Below are positions 18,743 to 28,053 of a stretch of DNA of 64,000 nucleotides, piece by piece. The stretch's first letter is position 1. Each line of letters starts with the position of its first letter. Below the pieces are notes generated by a model. It saw only the letters and a list, made by a program, of their open reading frames with translations, was not told the DNA's origin and searched no databases. The stretch is from Candidatus Eiseniibacteriota bacterium (GTDB lineage: Bacteria > Eisenbacteria > RBG-16-71-46 > CAVPCR01), in contig CAVPCR010000001.1 in the NCBI GenBank assembly GCA_963702435.1, forward strand, positions 384,001 through 448,000, read 5' to 3'. Both the position numbers and the translations under genes were made by a program.

Positions 18743-21055
18743 ATGTCCAAGCACTACCAGACCAACCGTCCCTGCGTTCGCCACTTCCTCGCCTTCGGCT
18801 TGGCGGTGCTCCTGCTCGCAACCGCGGCAGGCACTGCCCTCGCCGCCGCCAACCCGTGGGCCGAGGCCGCCGAGTCGGCCATTCCGGCGATCGGGATGCG
18901 GACGATCCAGCCCGAGGCCTACCGGACCGTGGCTGCCGACTTCGGTGAGCTGGGCCGGATCCTGGCCCGCGCGCCATTGGAAGGCACCGCGGCCGCGGAG
19001 AGCGCTCCGCTCTTCCTCGACCTCCCGCTTCCCGACGGCTCGACACGCGAGTTCCGCGTGGTCGAGACCGCGCTCATGCACCCCGACCTCGCGGCCCAGT
19101 TCCCCGAGATCCGCACCTACGTCGCCCGCCTGGCCGAGGCGCCCGGCGTCACGGCGCGTCTCGATCGCACGCCGCACGGGTTCCACGCCATGATCTTCAT
19201 GGCCGAGGGCACGGCCTACATCGATCCCTACCAGCAGGGCGATGTCACCCACTACCAGGCCTACTGGCGGCGGGACTTCCGGGCCACCGATCGCGGCTTC
19301 GGCTGCGAGGTCATCGACGAGGCCGGGACGGCCGATGAGATGCGCGCGATCATCGCCGGCGGCGGCGGTGCCGATGCCCACGGGACGCAGCTCCGCACCT
19401 ACCGCTGCGCGATCGCCACGACCGGCGAGTACACGGTCTTCCACGGCGGCACCGTTCCGCTCGGCCTCGCCGCGGTGACGACTGCCCTCAATCGCGTGAC
19501 CGGGATCTACGAGAAGGAAGTCTCGGTGCGCATGCAGCTCATCGCCAACAACAGCCTCATCATCTACACCAACGGCGCGACCGACCCGTACACGAACAGC
19601 GACGGCGCGGCGATGCTCTCCCAGAACCAGTCGACCCTCGACGCGGTGATCGGGACCGCCAACTACGACATCGGGCACGTCTTCTCGACGGGCGGTGGCG
19701 GCATCGCCTCGCTCGGCGTCGTCTGCCGCGCCGGTCTCAAGGCGCGCGGCGTGACCGGGCTCCCCTCCCCGATCGGCGATCCCTTCTACGTCGACTACGT
19801 CGCCCACGAGATGGGGCACCAGTACTCCGCGAACCACCCGTTCAACGGCACGGCCGGGTCGTGCGCCGGAGGCAACCGGAATGCCGGGACCGCCTACGAG
19901 CCGGGCAGCGGCTCGACCATCATGGCCTACGCTGGCATCTGCGGTAACCAGAACCTGCAGCCGCTCAGCGACGACTACTTCCACTGGATCTCGATCCAGG
20001 AGATCGTCAACTACACGACCTTCGGCTCGGGGAACGGCTGCGCCGTGACCACCGCGACCGGCGCCGTGATCCCGGTCGTGACCGCCCCCGCCGGTGGCTT
20101 CACGATCCCGATCAGCACGCCGTTCTCGCTCACCGGTAGCGCGACCACGGTCGGCACCCCGACCTACTGCTGGGAGCAATCAGACCTCGGCCCCGCCGGA
20201 TCGCCCACCTTACCCTCCGGCAACGCGCCGATCTTCCGCTCCTGGGACCCGGTGACTACGCCGACCCGCATCTTCCCGCGGCTCCAGAGCATCCTCAGCA
20301 ACGGCTCGGTGATCGGCGAGCTCCTGCCGACCTACGCCCGGAACCTCTCGTTCAAGATGACCGTGCGCGACGCGCAGACGGGCGGCGTCGGGGTCGACCT
20401 GGCCTCGATTCTCTTCTCGGTGGACGGCGCATCCGGGCCCTTCACCATCACCTACCCGAACGTGTTCAACATCCAGCTGCCGGGCGGCAGTCCGGTCACC
20501 GTGACCTGGAACGTGGCGAACACGAACGTACCTCCGGTGAACGCTCCGACGGTGAACATCCTCCTGTCCACCGACGGCGGCAACAACTTCACCACGTCCC
20601 TCGCCAGCGGGACGGCCAATGACGGGACGGAGTCGGTGGTCCTGCCCAACATCGCGACCACGACCGCTCGCGTCAAGGTCGAGGCGGTGGGACACGTCTT
20701 CTTCGACATCAACAACTTCAACTTCCAGATCCAACAGTCGGCGGCGGTCGAGGATCCGGTCGCGGTGGCGGGAGCGGGCACGCCGGTGCTCCACGAGTGC
20801 CGGCCGAATCCGTTCAATCCGCAGACCGCGATCGTCTTCGAGCTGCCGGCGGGGGGTGAGGCCTCGCTCCGCGTGTACGACCTCGCCGGGCGGCTGGTGA
20901 CGACCCTCGTTGACGGCCCGCTCGCCGCGGGACGGCACGAGTCATCGTGGAACGGGACCGACGCGCGCGGCGCCGCCGTGGCGTCGGGGATCTACCTCTG
21001 CGAGCTCCGCGCCGGGCGCTTCCGCCAGACCCAGCGGATGACGCTCCTCAAGTAG
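18743..21055 (+). CDS. Secreted reprolysin-like (M12B) zinc metallopeptidase with C-terminal FlgD-Ig/T9SS-type sorting domain
   Basis: Signal peptide, propeptide, AHEMGHQYSANH zinc motif, STIMAY Met-turn; C-terminus PNPFNPQTAI...VYDLAGRLV...WNGTD..G..VASGIY...MTLLK. Starts at 18725 or 18737 are also possible. Confidence 0.88.
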   Translation: MSKHYQTNRPCVRHFLAFGLAVLLLATAAGTALAAANPWAEAAESAIPAIGMRTIQPEAYRTVAADFGELGRILARAPLEGTAAAESAPLFLDLPLPDGSTREFRVVETALMHPDLAAQFPEIRTYVARLAEAPGVTARLDRTPHGFHAMIFMAEGTAYIDPYQQGDVTHYQAYWRRDFRATDRGFGCEVIDEAGTADEMRAIIAGGGGADAHGTQLRTYRCAIATTGEYTVFHGGTVPLGLAAVTTALNRVTGIYEKEVSVRMQLIANNSLIIYTNGATDPYTNSDGAAMLSQNQSTLDAVIGTANYDIGHVFSTGGGGIASLGVVCRAGLKARGVTGLPSPIGDPFYVDYVAHEMGHQYSANHPFNGTAGSCAGGNRNAGTAYEPGSGSTIMAYAGICGNQNLQPLSDDYFHWISIQEIVNYTTFGSGNGCAVTTATGAVIPVVTAPAGGFTIPISTPFSLTGSATTVGTPTYCWEQSDLGPAGSPTLPSGNAPIFRSWDPVTTPTRIFPRLQSILSNGSVIGELLPTYARNLSFKMTVRDAQTGGVGVDLASILFSVDGASGPFTITYPNVFNIQLPGGSPVTVTWNVANTNVPPVNAPTVNILLSTDGGNNFTTSLASGTANDGTESVVLPNIATTTARVKVEAVGHVFFDINNFNFQIQQSAAVEDPVAVAGAGTPVLHECRPNPFNPQTAIVFELPAGGEASLRVYDLAGRLVTTLVDGPLAAGRHESSWNGTDARGAAVASGIYLCELRAGRFRQTQRMTLLK

Positions 21056-21092
21056 AGCGTTCACGACTGGACCGTTCACGACCGCGAACGAC

Positions 21093-21126
21093 GAGGCCCG
21101 GCTTGCCGCACGGCAGGCCGGGCCTC
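21093..21126. terminator. Strong hairpin between the convergent peptidase and tsaB genes
   Basis: GAGGCCCGGCTTGCCG-CA-CGGCAGGCCGGGCCTC; no clear U-tract. Confidence 0.6.
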
Positions 21127-21154
21127 TCGCTGTCCTGGTGGGGCGAGGACGTCC

Positions 21155-21853
21155 CTACATGCGGACGGCGAGGGGATCCCGGCGGACCACGGCGTCCGGG
21201 CGGCGGACGTAGAGGGGCTCGAGCGCGTCGAGCGGATCGCCGCCGTCCCGCCCGAGCTTCTCGGCGCCGAGGGCGGCGAGCACCGCGGCCCGGGGGAGCG
21301 CGAGCTCGCGGGGCGCCAGGGCGGCCCCGGATCCGGCCACCGCGTGCACCGCCTCCGCCCCGGTGCCGACGAGGAGCACCCGCGGCCCGAGGAGGCGGCA
21401 GCGCGCCGCCACGTCGGCCGGCGCTCCGGCCTGGAATCCGGGGTCCAGGTGCTCGACCCCGCCGATCGTCGCGTGGTAGGCGGTGTAGTAGACCTCGCCG
21501 CGGCGCGCATCGATGCAGGGCACGACCGGCCCCACCCAGGGTAGAGCGCCGCGGGCGAGCACGGCGAGGCTCGGGATCCCGGCCAGCCCGGCGCCGGTGG
21601 CGAGAGCGAGGCCCTTCGCGAACGCGAGCCCGATCCGCAGCCCGGTGAACGAGCCCGGGCCCAGCGACACGGCGATGCCGCCCAGGTCCCGGGGCGCAAT
21701 ACCGAGATCGGCGAGGAGACCGTCGAGGCTGACGAGGATCTTCTCGGCGTGCTTCCGCCCGAGATCGAGATGGAGCTCGGCCAGCGTCGCGTCGTCCCGG
21801 CGGAGGGCGAGGCCGAGGCGATCGGTCGCGGTATCGATGGCGAGGATCAGCAT
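21155..21853 (-). CDS. tsaB: tRNA threonylcarbamoyladenosine biosynthesis protein TsaB
   Basis: MLILAIDTAT, GPGSFTGLRIG, IDARRGEVY, LEPLYVR motifs; start ATG 21853. Confidence 0.93.
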   Translation of the reverse strand: MLILAIDTATDRLGLALRRDDATLAELHLDLGRKHAEKILVSLDGLLADLGIAPRDLGGIAVSLGPGSFTGLRIGLAFAKGLALATGAGLAGIPSLAVLARGALPWVGPVVPCIDARRGEVYYTAYHATIGGVEHLDPGFQAGAPADVAARCRLLGPRVLLVGTGAEAVHAVAGSGAALAPRELALPRAAVLAALGAEKLGRDGGDPLDALEPLYVRRPDAVVRRDPLAVRM

Positions 21854-22458
21854 GGGCGCCCCGCGTGCGCGCCGGTCGTGCCGATGGCCGCGAGCGGCGC
21901 CGCCAGCGCCGGCGCCAGTGCGCGGCCGAGCGCAACCGAACGGGCGCCGTGGGCCGTCATCCGGATCGAGCGCTCGTCGCCGCCCCGATCCTCGATCGCG
22001 ATCTCGAAGTGATCGGCATCCACCGCGTCGCGCGCCCGCTCGCCCCACTCGATGAACACGACGCTCCCGGGGGCGACCACCTCGGCCAGTCCGAGCCCCT
22101 CGACGAGGGCCGGGTCCTCGAGCCGGTAGAGATCCACGTGCACGATCGGCAATCGCCCCGCGTGGGTCGTGACGAGGGTGAATCCCGGGCTCCTGATCCG
22201 GCCGCGCGCGCCGAGGCCGCGCGCGACACCATGGACCAGGGCGGTTTTGCCCGCGCCCATCTCCCCGATCAGGAGCCACCAGGTGCCGGCGCCGCGGGGA
22301 GGCCCGGGTTCGGCCCCCGCTCCCACCGGCTCCCCGAGGAGGCGGCCGAGCTCCCGCCCGAGGAGGTCGGTCTCCGCCGCCGCCCGGGTCGTCCGCTCGC
22401 AGAAGAGAAGCGCGCCGCCCGCGCCGCTCGCCCCGCCCACGTCGCCCACGTCGCTCAC
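21847..22458 (-). CDS. tsaE: tRNA threonylcarbamoyladenosine biosynthesis ATPase TsaE
   Basis: GEMGAGKT, SPGFTL, HVDLYRL, FIEW motifs in the 3' part of ORF 21847..23751; GTG start overlaps the upstream stop. Confidence 0.88.
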   Translation of the reverse strand: MSDVGDVGGASGAGGALLFCERTTRAAAETDLLGRELGRLLGEPVGAGAEPGPPRGAGTWWLLIGEMGAGKTALVHGVARGLGARGRIRSPGFTLVTTHAGRLPIVHVDLYRLEDPALVEGLGLAEVVAPGSVVFIEWGERARDAVDADHFEIAIEDRGGDERSIRMTAHGARSVALGRALAPALAAPLAAIGTTGAHAGRPC

Positions 22459-24014
22459 CGCCGCGGCGCGAGGGTGATGACGGGCACGATCATCTCCTCC
22501 ATCGAGATGCCGCCATGCTGGAAGCTCCCGCGATACTGCCGCTCGTACTCGTGGAAGTTGGTCGGATAGACGAAGTAGTAGTCTTCCTTGGCGAAGATGT
22601 AGTGCTTGTTGAGCGCATCGGCCGGCAGCATGTAGGCGGCCGGATCCTTGACATGCACGGCCTGCTTCAAGTCGCAGCCCAGGTTCTTCCCGAACTTGTA
22701 GCGCAGGTTGGTGGACGTGGTGCGGTCGCCGTAGACCAGCGCGGCGCGCTGGCCCATGATCGATCCGTGATCGGTCGTGATGACGGCGACGCAGTTGTCC
22801 TGGGCGGCGATCGCCTTGAGCACCTCGAACAGCGCCGAGTGCGTGAACCACGAGGCCATGAGCGAGCGAAAGCCGGCCTCGTCCGGCGCCAGCTCCCGGA
22901 GGATGTCCGACTCGCTGCGCCCGTGGGCCAGGATGTCGATGAAATTGATGACGACACCCACCAGGTCGAGCGACGAGAAGCTCGCCACCTGGCGCAGGAG
23001 AGCCTGCCCGTCGTCGCCCGAGTAGACCTTCACGTACTTGATCCCGAGCGGGCGGTTGCCGAGGCGCTTGATCTGCGCTTCGAGGAGTTCCTTCTCGAAC
23101 TTGTTCTTCGACTTGTCGGTCGGCACCCGCTCCTGCCAGTACTGGGGGTACTGATCCGCGATCTCGAGGGGGAACAGCCCGGCGAAGATCGAGTTCCGTG
23201 CATAGGGGGTCGCCGACGGCAGGATCGCGAAGTGGTGATCGGTCGTCATCTCGAAGTAGGGCGCGAGCAGCGGCTCCACCATCAGCCACTGGTCGGTGCG
23301 CATGCAGTCGATGACGAAGAAGAAGACGCGCCGGCCGGCCGCCAGGTGCGGCTGCACGTGCGTGCGCACGATGTCCGGGGAGAGGAGCGGGCGTTCGCGC
23401 GCCGTCATCCACTCGACGTAGTGGTTCTCGACGAAGCGCCCGAACTCGGCGTTCGCCTCGTGCTTCAGATCGGCGTGCGACTGGGCGAGGCCCAGGTCGC
23501 GCACGCGGTCGAGGCGGAGGTCCCAGGCGGTGAGCTGCCCGTAGAGGTCCACCCAGCCGGCGGCGTCGAGGCTCGCCGGGTCGACCAGGCGGATGCGACT
23601 GAACTCCTCGACGAAGTCGCGGGTGAGCTGCCCCTCCTCGAGCTTCCGTCCCTCGAGCAGGCGCTTGATGGCGAGGAAGATCTGGCTCGGATTGACCGGC
23701 TTGATCAGGTAATCGGAGATCCGCTTCCCGATCGCCTCGTCCATGAGCCATTCCTCTTCGCTCTTGGTGATGAGGACGACCGGCACCTGGGGGTCGATCT
23801 CCTTGATCGCTTCGAGGGTCTTCAGGCCCCCCATGCCGGGCATCATCTCGTCGAGGAGCACGGCGTCGAAGCGGCTGCGGGCGAAGGCGGTCACGGCGTC
23901 CTCGCCGTTGGCCACCGCCTCGACCTTGAAGCCCTTGTCCTCGAGGAAGAGGACGTGCGGCCGGAGGAGATCGATCTCGTCATCGGCCCAGAGAATGTGG
24001 CGGGTTTCAGGCAT
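22455..24014 (-). CDS. porX: PorX-like response regulator (receiver + PglZ/alkaline-phosphatase domain)
   Basis: ILWADDEIDLL receiver; IDCMR, LPSATPYARN, DILAH, TTDHG, FQHGGISMEEM motifs; upstream of tsaE as in Bacteroidetes. Confidence 0.85.
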   Translation of the reverse strand: MPETRHILWADDEIDLLRPHVLFLEDKGFKVEAVANGEDAVTAFARSRFDAVLLDEMMPGMGGLKTLEAIKEIDPQVPVVLITKSEEEWLMDEAIGKRISDYLIKPVNPSQIFLAIKRLLEGRKLEEGQLTRDFVEEFSRIRLVDPASLDAAGWVDLYGQLTAWDLRLDRVRDLGLAQSHADLKHEANAEFGRFVENHYVEWMTARERPLLSPDIVRTHVQPHLAAGRRVFFFVIDCMRTDQWLMVEPLLAPYFEMTTDHHFAILPSATPYARNSIFAGLFPLEIADQYPQYWQERVPTDKSKNKFEKELLEAQIKRLGNRPLGIKYVKVYSGDDGQALLRQVASFSSLDLVGVVINFIDILAHGRSESDILRELAPDEAGFRSLMASWFTHSALFEVLKAIAAQDNCVAVITTDHGSIMGQRAALVYGDRTTSTNLRYKFGKNLGCDLKQAVHVKDPAAYMLPADALNKHYIFAKEDYYFVYPTNFHEYERQYRGSFQHGGISMEEMIVPVITLAPRR

Positions 24015-24122
24015 TGGTGCTCGGGTGACGGGTGTCGGTGACGGCGATCGAGTCGCCGGGAGACAGCGGGGGCCGGCGCGACCGGGGGCGCTCTAATTGG
24101 ATCGAGAACGGCGGGCCCCGGT

Positions 24123-25418
24123 TCAGACCGGGAGCGAGATGGCCATGGTCGTGCCGCGGCCCGGATGGCTCTCCTTCACCCAGATCCTGCCGCCATGGTA
24201 TTCCTCGACGATCCGCTTCGCAAGCGTGAGCCCGAGCCCCCATCCCCGCTGCTTGGTCGTGAACCCGGGCTGGAAGACGCGGCGCTGCTCGGCCGGGGTC
24301 ATGCCGCGCCCGTTGTCGGCGACCAGGATCTCGACCGTCTCCGCATCGCGCCGGTGCTCGACTGCCACGAGGATCCGCACGTCGGGCTTGTCCGCGGCAT
24401 CCACCGCATTCTTGAGCAGGTTCTCGATCACCCAGGCGATGAGCTCGGCGTTCACGTTGAGCTCGGGCACCGCCTCGTACTGCTCCTCGATGGTCGGTCC
24501 GTGCCCGAGCCGCGGCAGCCGCATCCGCACGTAGGCGACCGTCCCGGCCACGACCGGCACGATGTCCTCGACCTTGCGCTGCGGCGCCGAGCCGACCTGC
24601 GAGAAGCGGAAGGCGATCTTCTCGAGCCGCTCGACGTCGGCCTTGATCTCGGTGACCGTCTGCTCGAAGAGCGCGCGCGGCACGACGACCTGATCCTCCG
24701 CGCCGGGGACCGCTTTGGCGCGGCCGGCGATCACCTCGAGCCAGCCCATGAGCGAGGAGATCGGCGTCCCCAGCTGGTGCGCGGTCTCCTTGGCCAGCCC
24801 GATCCAGATGTAGCGGAGCTCCGACACCTTGGCCGAGCGGAAGCCGAGGAAGCCGAGGGCGATGAAGAGGAAGAAGGCCGCGATCTCGACGACCGGAACC
24901 CAGCGCACCTGGCGGAGCAGTTCCGACTCCCCGTAGTGCACGTAACCGACGACCTGGTCCGAGCCGGCGATGACCATGGGCACCGGCGGGTTCCTCCGGT
25001 CCATGCGGCGGGTCTCGGCCAGGATCTCGGCGAGCGGCCCCGAGACCGGCGGGTTCGCCGGATCGAGGGCCTCGCTCATCTCGACCGTGACCGCTTCGAC
25101 CGGGATGCCGATCCCCTTCCAGGCGTAGGGCCGGCCCACCTCGTCGGTGAGGACCACCGGAAAGTCGATCTGATGGATGACGTCGCGGAACACCTCGCGC
25201 AGGCGCTCCGACTCGAGCGCCTCGAAGGTCACCGCGGCGCAGAAGTCGGCGAGGATGCGGCCCATCGCCTGCGCCTGCCGCTCGAGCCTGGTCGTGAGCG
25301 TGTGCGTGTAGAGGAAGAGCGCGGCGATCAGGAGCGAGGAGCCGAGGAACACGTAGCCGCGGAGCCATCCCGGGGTGGTCTCGGTACCGAGGCGGTGGGA
25401 CATGCGGCGCCGGGCCAT
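24123..25418 (-). CDS. PorY-like membrane sensor histidine kinase
   Basis: Two TM segments; WIGLAKETAHQLGTPISSL H-box; WVIENLLKNAVDA, DNGRG and GFTTKQRGWGLGL motifs. Confidence 0.88.
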   Translation of the reverse strand: MARRRMSHRLGTETTPGWLRGYVFLGSSLLIAALFLYTHTLTTRLERQAQAMGRILADFCAAVTFEALESERLREVFRDVIHQIDFPVVLTDEVGRPYAWKGIGIPVEAVTVEMSEALDPANPPVSGPLAEILAETRRMDRRNPPVPMVIAGSDQVVGYVHYGESELLRQVRWVPVVEIAAFFLFIALGFLGFRSAKVSELRYIWIGLAKETAHQLGTPISSLMGWLEVIAGRAKAVPGAEDQVVVPRALFEQTVTEIKADVERLEKIAFRFSQVGSAPQRKVEDIVPVVAGTVAYVRMRLPRLGHGPTIEEQYEAVPELNVNAELIAWVIENLLKNAVDAADKPDVRILVAVEHRRDAETVEILVADNGRGMTPAEQRRVFQPGFTTKQRGWGLGLTLAKRIVEEYHGGRIWVKESHPGRGTTMAISLPV

Positions 25419-25425
25419 CGGGGCC

Positions 25426-26721
25426 CTAGCGCGGGGCGGCGGGGGCGACCGGCACGAGTTCGGTCGCGCCGCCCATGTACGGACGGATCACCTCCGGCAC
25501 GCGCACAGCGCCCGTCCCGGTCTGGTAGTGCTCGAGGATCGCGACGAGGAGCCGCGGCAAGGCCACCCCCGAGGCGTTCAGCGTGTGCACGAGACGGCTC
25601 TTGCCGCCGCCGGTCGGACGCATGCGGATCCCGAGCCGCCGCGCCTGGAAGTCCTCGAAGTTCGAGCACGAGGAGACCTCGAGCCACTTGCCCTCGCCGG
25701 GCGCCCACACCTCGAGGTCGTAGCACTTGGCGGCGGCGAAGCTCAGGTCGCCGCCGCACAGGGCGAGGACCCGATAATGGAGCCCGAGGTTGCGGAGCAC
25801 GCTCTCGGCGTCGGCGAGCAACGATTCATGCTCCTCGTAGGAGCGATCGGGGTGGACGAACTTGACGAGCTCGACCTTGTCGAACTGATGGAGGCGGAGG
25901 AGACCGCGCGTCTCGCGTCCGGCAGCGCCGGCCTCGCGCCGGAAGCAGGCGGTGTAGCCGACGTGCTTCCGCGGAAGATCCTCCTCGGCCAGGGTCTCGT
26001 CGCCGTACAGGTTCGTGATCGGCACCTCGCCCGTGGGGATCAGGTACTGGTCGTCCCCGTTCACGTAGTACATGTCCTCGCGGAGCTTGGGCAGTTGCCC
26101 GGTCCCGAACAGGCAGGACGGCTTCACGAGGTAGGGCGCCCACACCTCGGCATAGCCGTGGGCGCTCGTGTGCAGGTCGAGCATGTAGGTCAGGAGCGCG
26201 CGCCCGAGCCGCGCCCCCATCCCGTAGAGGAGGCTGAAGCCCGAGCCGGAGAGCTTGGCCGCCCGGAGCGGATCGAGGATCGCGAGCCGCTCGCCGAGCT
26301 CGACGTGGTTGCGCGGCGCGAAGTCGAACTCCGGCGGCGCGCCCTCGACGCGCACGACCACGTTGTCGGCCGGTGTCAGGCCGGCGGGCACCGAGGCGTG
26401 CGGCAGGTTCGGGATCCAGGACAGGAGCTCGTCGATCGCCGCGTCGATGCCCCGGAGCCGCTCGTCAAGAGCGGCGATCGTGTCGCCGACCACGCGCATC
26501 CGCTCCATGCGCTCGCTCGAGTCCTCGCCCCGCTTCTTGCGATCGCCGATCTCCTTCGACACCGCGTTCCGCTCGTGCTTGAGCGCCTCGGTTTCGGCGG
26601 TCAGGTCGCGCCGCTCCTGGTCGAGCCCGAGCAGGCGGTCGAGATCCACCGTGGCGCCCTTCGCGCGGAGGGCGGCGCGGACCAGGTCGGTTTCGGCGCG
26701 GATCAGCTTCAGGTCGAGCAT
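25426..26721 (-). CDS. serS: Serine--tRNA ligase
   Basis: MLDLKLIR coiled coil; LIPTGEVP, FRREAG, RLHQFDKVE, EVSSCSN, HTLNASG motifs. Confidence 0.97.
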   Translation of the reverse strand: MLDLKLIRAETDLVRAALRAKGATVDLDRLLGLDQERRDLTAETEALKHERNAVSKEIGDRKKRGEDSSERMERMRVVGDTIAALDERLRGIDAAIDELLSWIPNLPHASVPAGLTPADNVVVRVEGAPPEFDFAPRNHVELGERLAILDPLRAAKLSGSGFSLLYGMGARLGRALLTYMLDLHTSAHGYAEVWAPYLVKPSCLFGTGQLPKLREDMYYVNGDDQYLIPTGEVPITNLYGDETLAEEDLPRKHVGYTACFRREAGAAGRETRGLLRLHQFDKVELVKFVHPDRSYEEHESLLADAESVLRNLGLHYRVLALCGGDLSFAAAKCYDLEVWAPGEGKWLEVSSCSNFEDFQARRLGIRMRPTGGGKSRLVHTLNASGVALPRLLVAILEHYQTGTGAVRVPEVIRPYMGGATELVPVAPAAPR

Positions 26722-26755
26722 CGGTCACCCGTCGTGCGGAGAGGCCGGCGCCGGA

Positions 26756-27982
26756 TCAACGGCGCCGTATGCGGAGAAGTCGCTGGAGCTCGGCCCCGGC
26801 GGCGCCGAGCGTCACGCGCCGGGGATCGTCCGGCGCGAGGAGGTCCACCCAGGTCAGGACGAGCGCGCCGAGGAGCGAGACCACGAAGGCCACCCCGGCC
26901 GCGGTCAGGGTGAGCAGCGTCCGCCGCGGGCGGGCGCGCTTGAGCGGCTTCTCGCCCGCGTCCACCACGGTGAGCGACGGCGTGTCCCGCTCCTCCTGGA
27001 TCTTGGCCTGCTCGTACTCAGTGCGGAGGAAGCTGTAGACCTGCTCGCGCACCTTCAGGTCGCGCATCAATCGTGCGTAGTCGAGACCGATCGCCGGCAG
27101 CTCGGCCAGCTTGCGATCGATCTCGGCCAGCTCGGCGCGCAGGAGCCGGATCTCCTCGTTATTCTCGCGGAGCACGGTCTGCTTCATGCGTAGCGCGATC
27201 TCCGCCTCGAACTTGCGGGCGAGGAGCTCGGCCGAGGCGCTGACCCCGGCCTCGGCCTGCGGCGAGAGCGGCATCAGCTTGGTCTTGGTCTGGTACTGCT
27301 CGAGCGCCTCTTCGGCGGCGGCCAGCTCGCGCCCGCACTGCTCGAGCTCGCGCTCGACGAAGATCCGCGTGCGCTGCCCCTTGGTCATGCGCTGCTCGGC
27401 GTTGAACTGATCGAGGATGTCGATCGAGCGGTTGACCATGCGCGCGGCCATCGCGGGATCGCGGTCCTCGATGCCGACCGTGACCAGGCCCTCCTGACCG
27501 ACGAAGAAGCTCGAGTGCGCGTCGAGCGCGACGAGCGCCTCCTCGATGTCCCTGGCCTTGTAGCGCGCGATCAGGTCGAACTCCTCGATCAGCACGGCCC
27601 GCACCCGCCGGCTCTTCAGGAGCGCAACCGAGAGATCGCCGGCCTGCGCCTGATCGGAAAGCCCGCCGCCGGGGATCGCCACCTCGCGGAGGAAGGCCGT
27701 CAGCGAGAAGGTCGAGCGCTCCTCGATCGCCGGCAGGAAGGTCGCGCGCGCGAGGTAGAAGTGCGGGAGGAAGAGGGACACGCCGGCGGCGACCAGCCCG
27801 ACGAAGAGGACGTTCAGAAGGATCCAGCGGGCGCGACGCACCAGCCCGTAGAGGTAGTCGACGAGGCTCGGGTCGGCCGGCGGCGAGAACGGAGGCGCCG
27901 GCAGGGCGGCCGGGCGCGGGCGACCGCGCGGCGGTCCGAACGGCGGATCGGGCTCGGGCAGAGGTCGGGTGGCGTCGCTCAT
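26756..27982 (-). CDS. Wzz/GumC-like polysaccharide chain-length determinant
   Basis: N- and C-terminal TM helices flank a coiled coil; TVVDAGEKPLKRARPRR motif. Confidence 0.8.
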   Translation of the reverse strand: MSDATRPLPEPDPPFGPPRGRPRPAALPAPPFSPPADPSLVDYLYGLVRRARWILLNVLFVGLVAAGVSLFLPHFYLARATFLPAIEERSTFSLTAFLREVAIPGGGLSDQAQAGDLSVALLKSRRVRAVLIEEFDLIARYKARDIEEALVALDAHSSFFVGQEGLVTVGIEDRDPAMAARMVNRSIDILDQFNAEQRMTKGQRTRIFVERELEQCGRELAAAEEALEQYQTKTKLMPLSPQAEAGVSASAELLARKFEAEIALRMKQTVLRENNEEIRLLRAELAEIDRKLAELPAIGLDYARLMRDLKVREQVYSFLRTEYEQAKIQEERDTPSLTVVDAGEKPLKRARPRRTLLTLTAAGVAFVVSLLGALVLTWVDLLAPDDPRRVTLGAAGAELQRLLRIRRR

Positions 27983-28053
27983 GGAAGTGGGGCGAGGCTA
28001 GCACACCCCTCCCGCGCCCGCCATGCCGCCGGCGCCCGGGCCGGGCGCACCCG

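Noticed and set aside
22455..24014. BREX defence system suggested by the PglZ domain
   Set aside because: Receiver-PglZ architecture and tsaE context indicate PorX; no brxC/pglX nearby.
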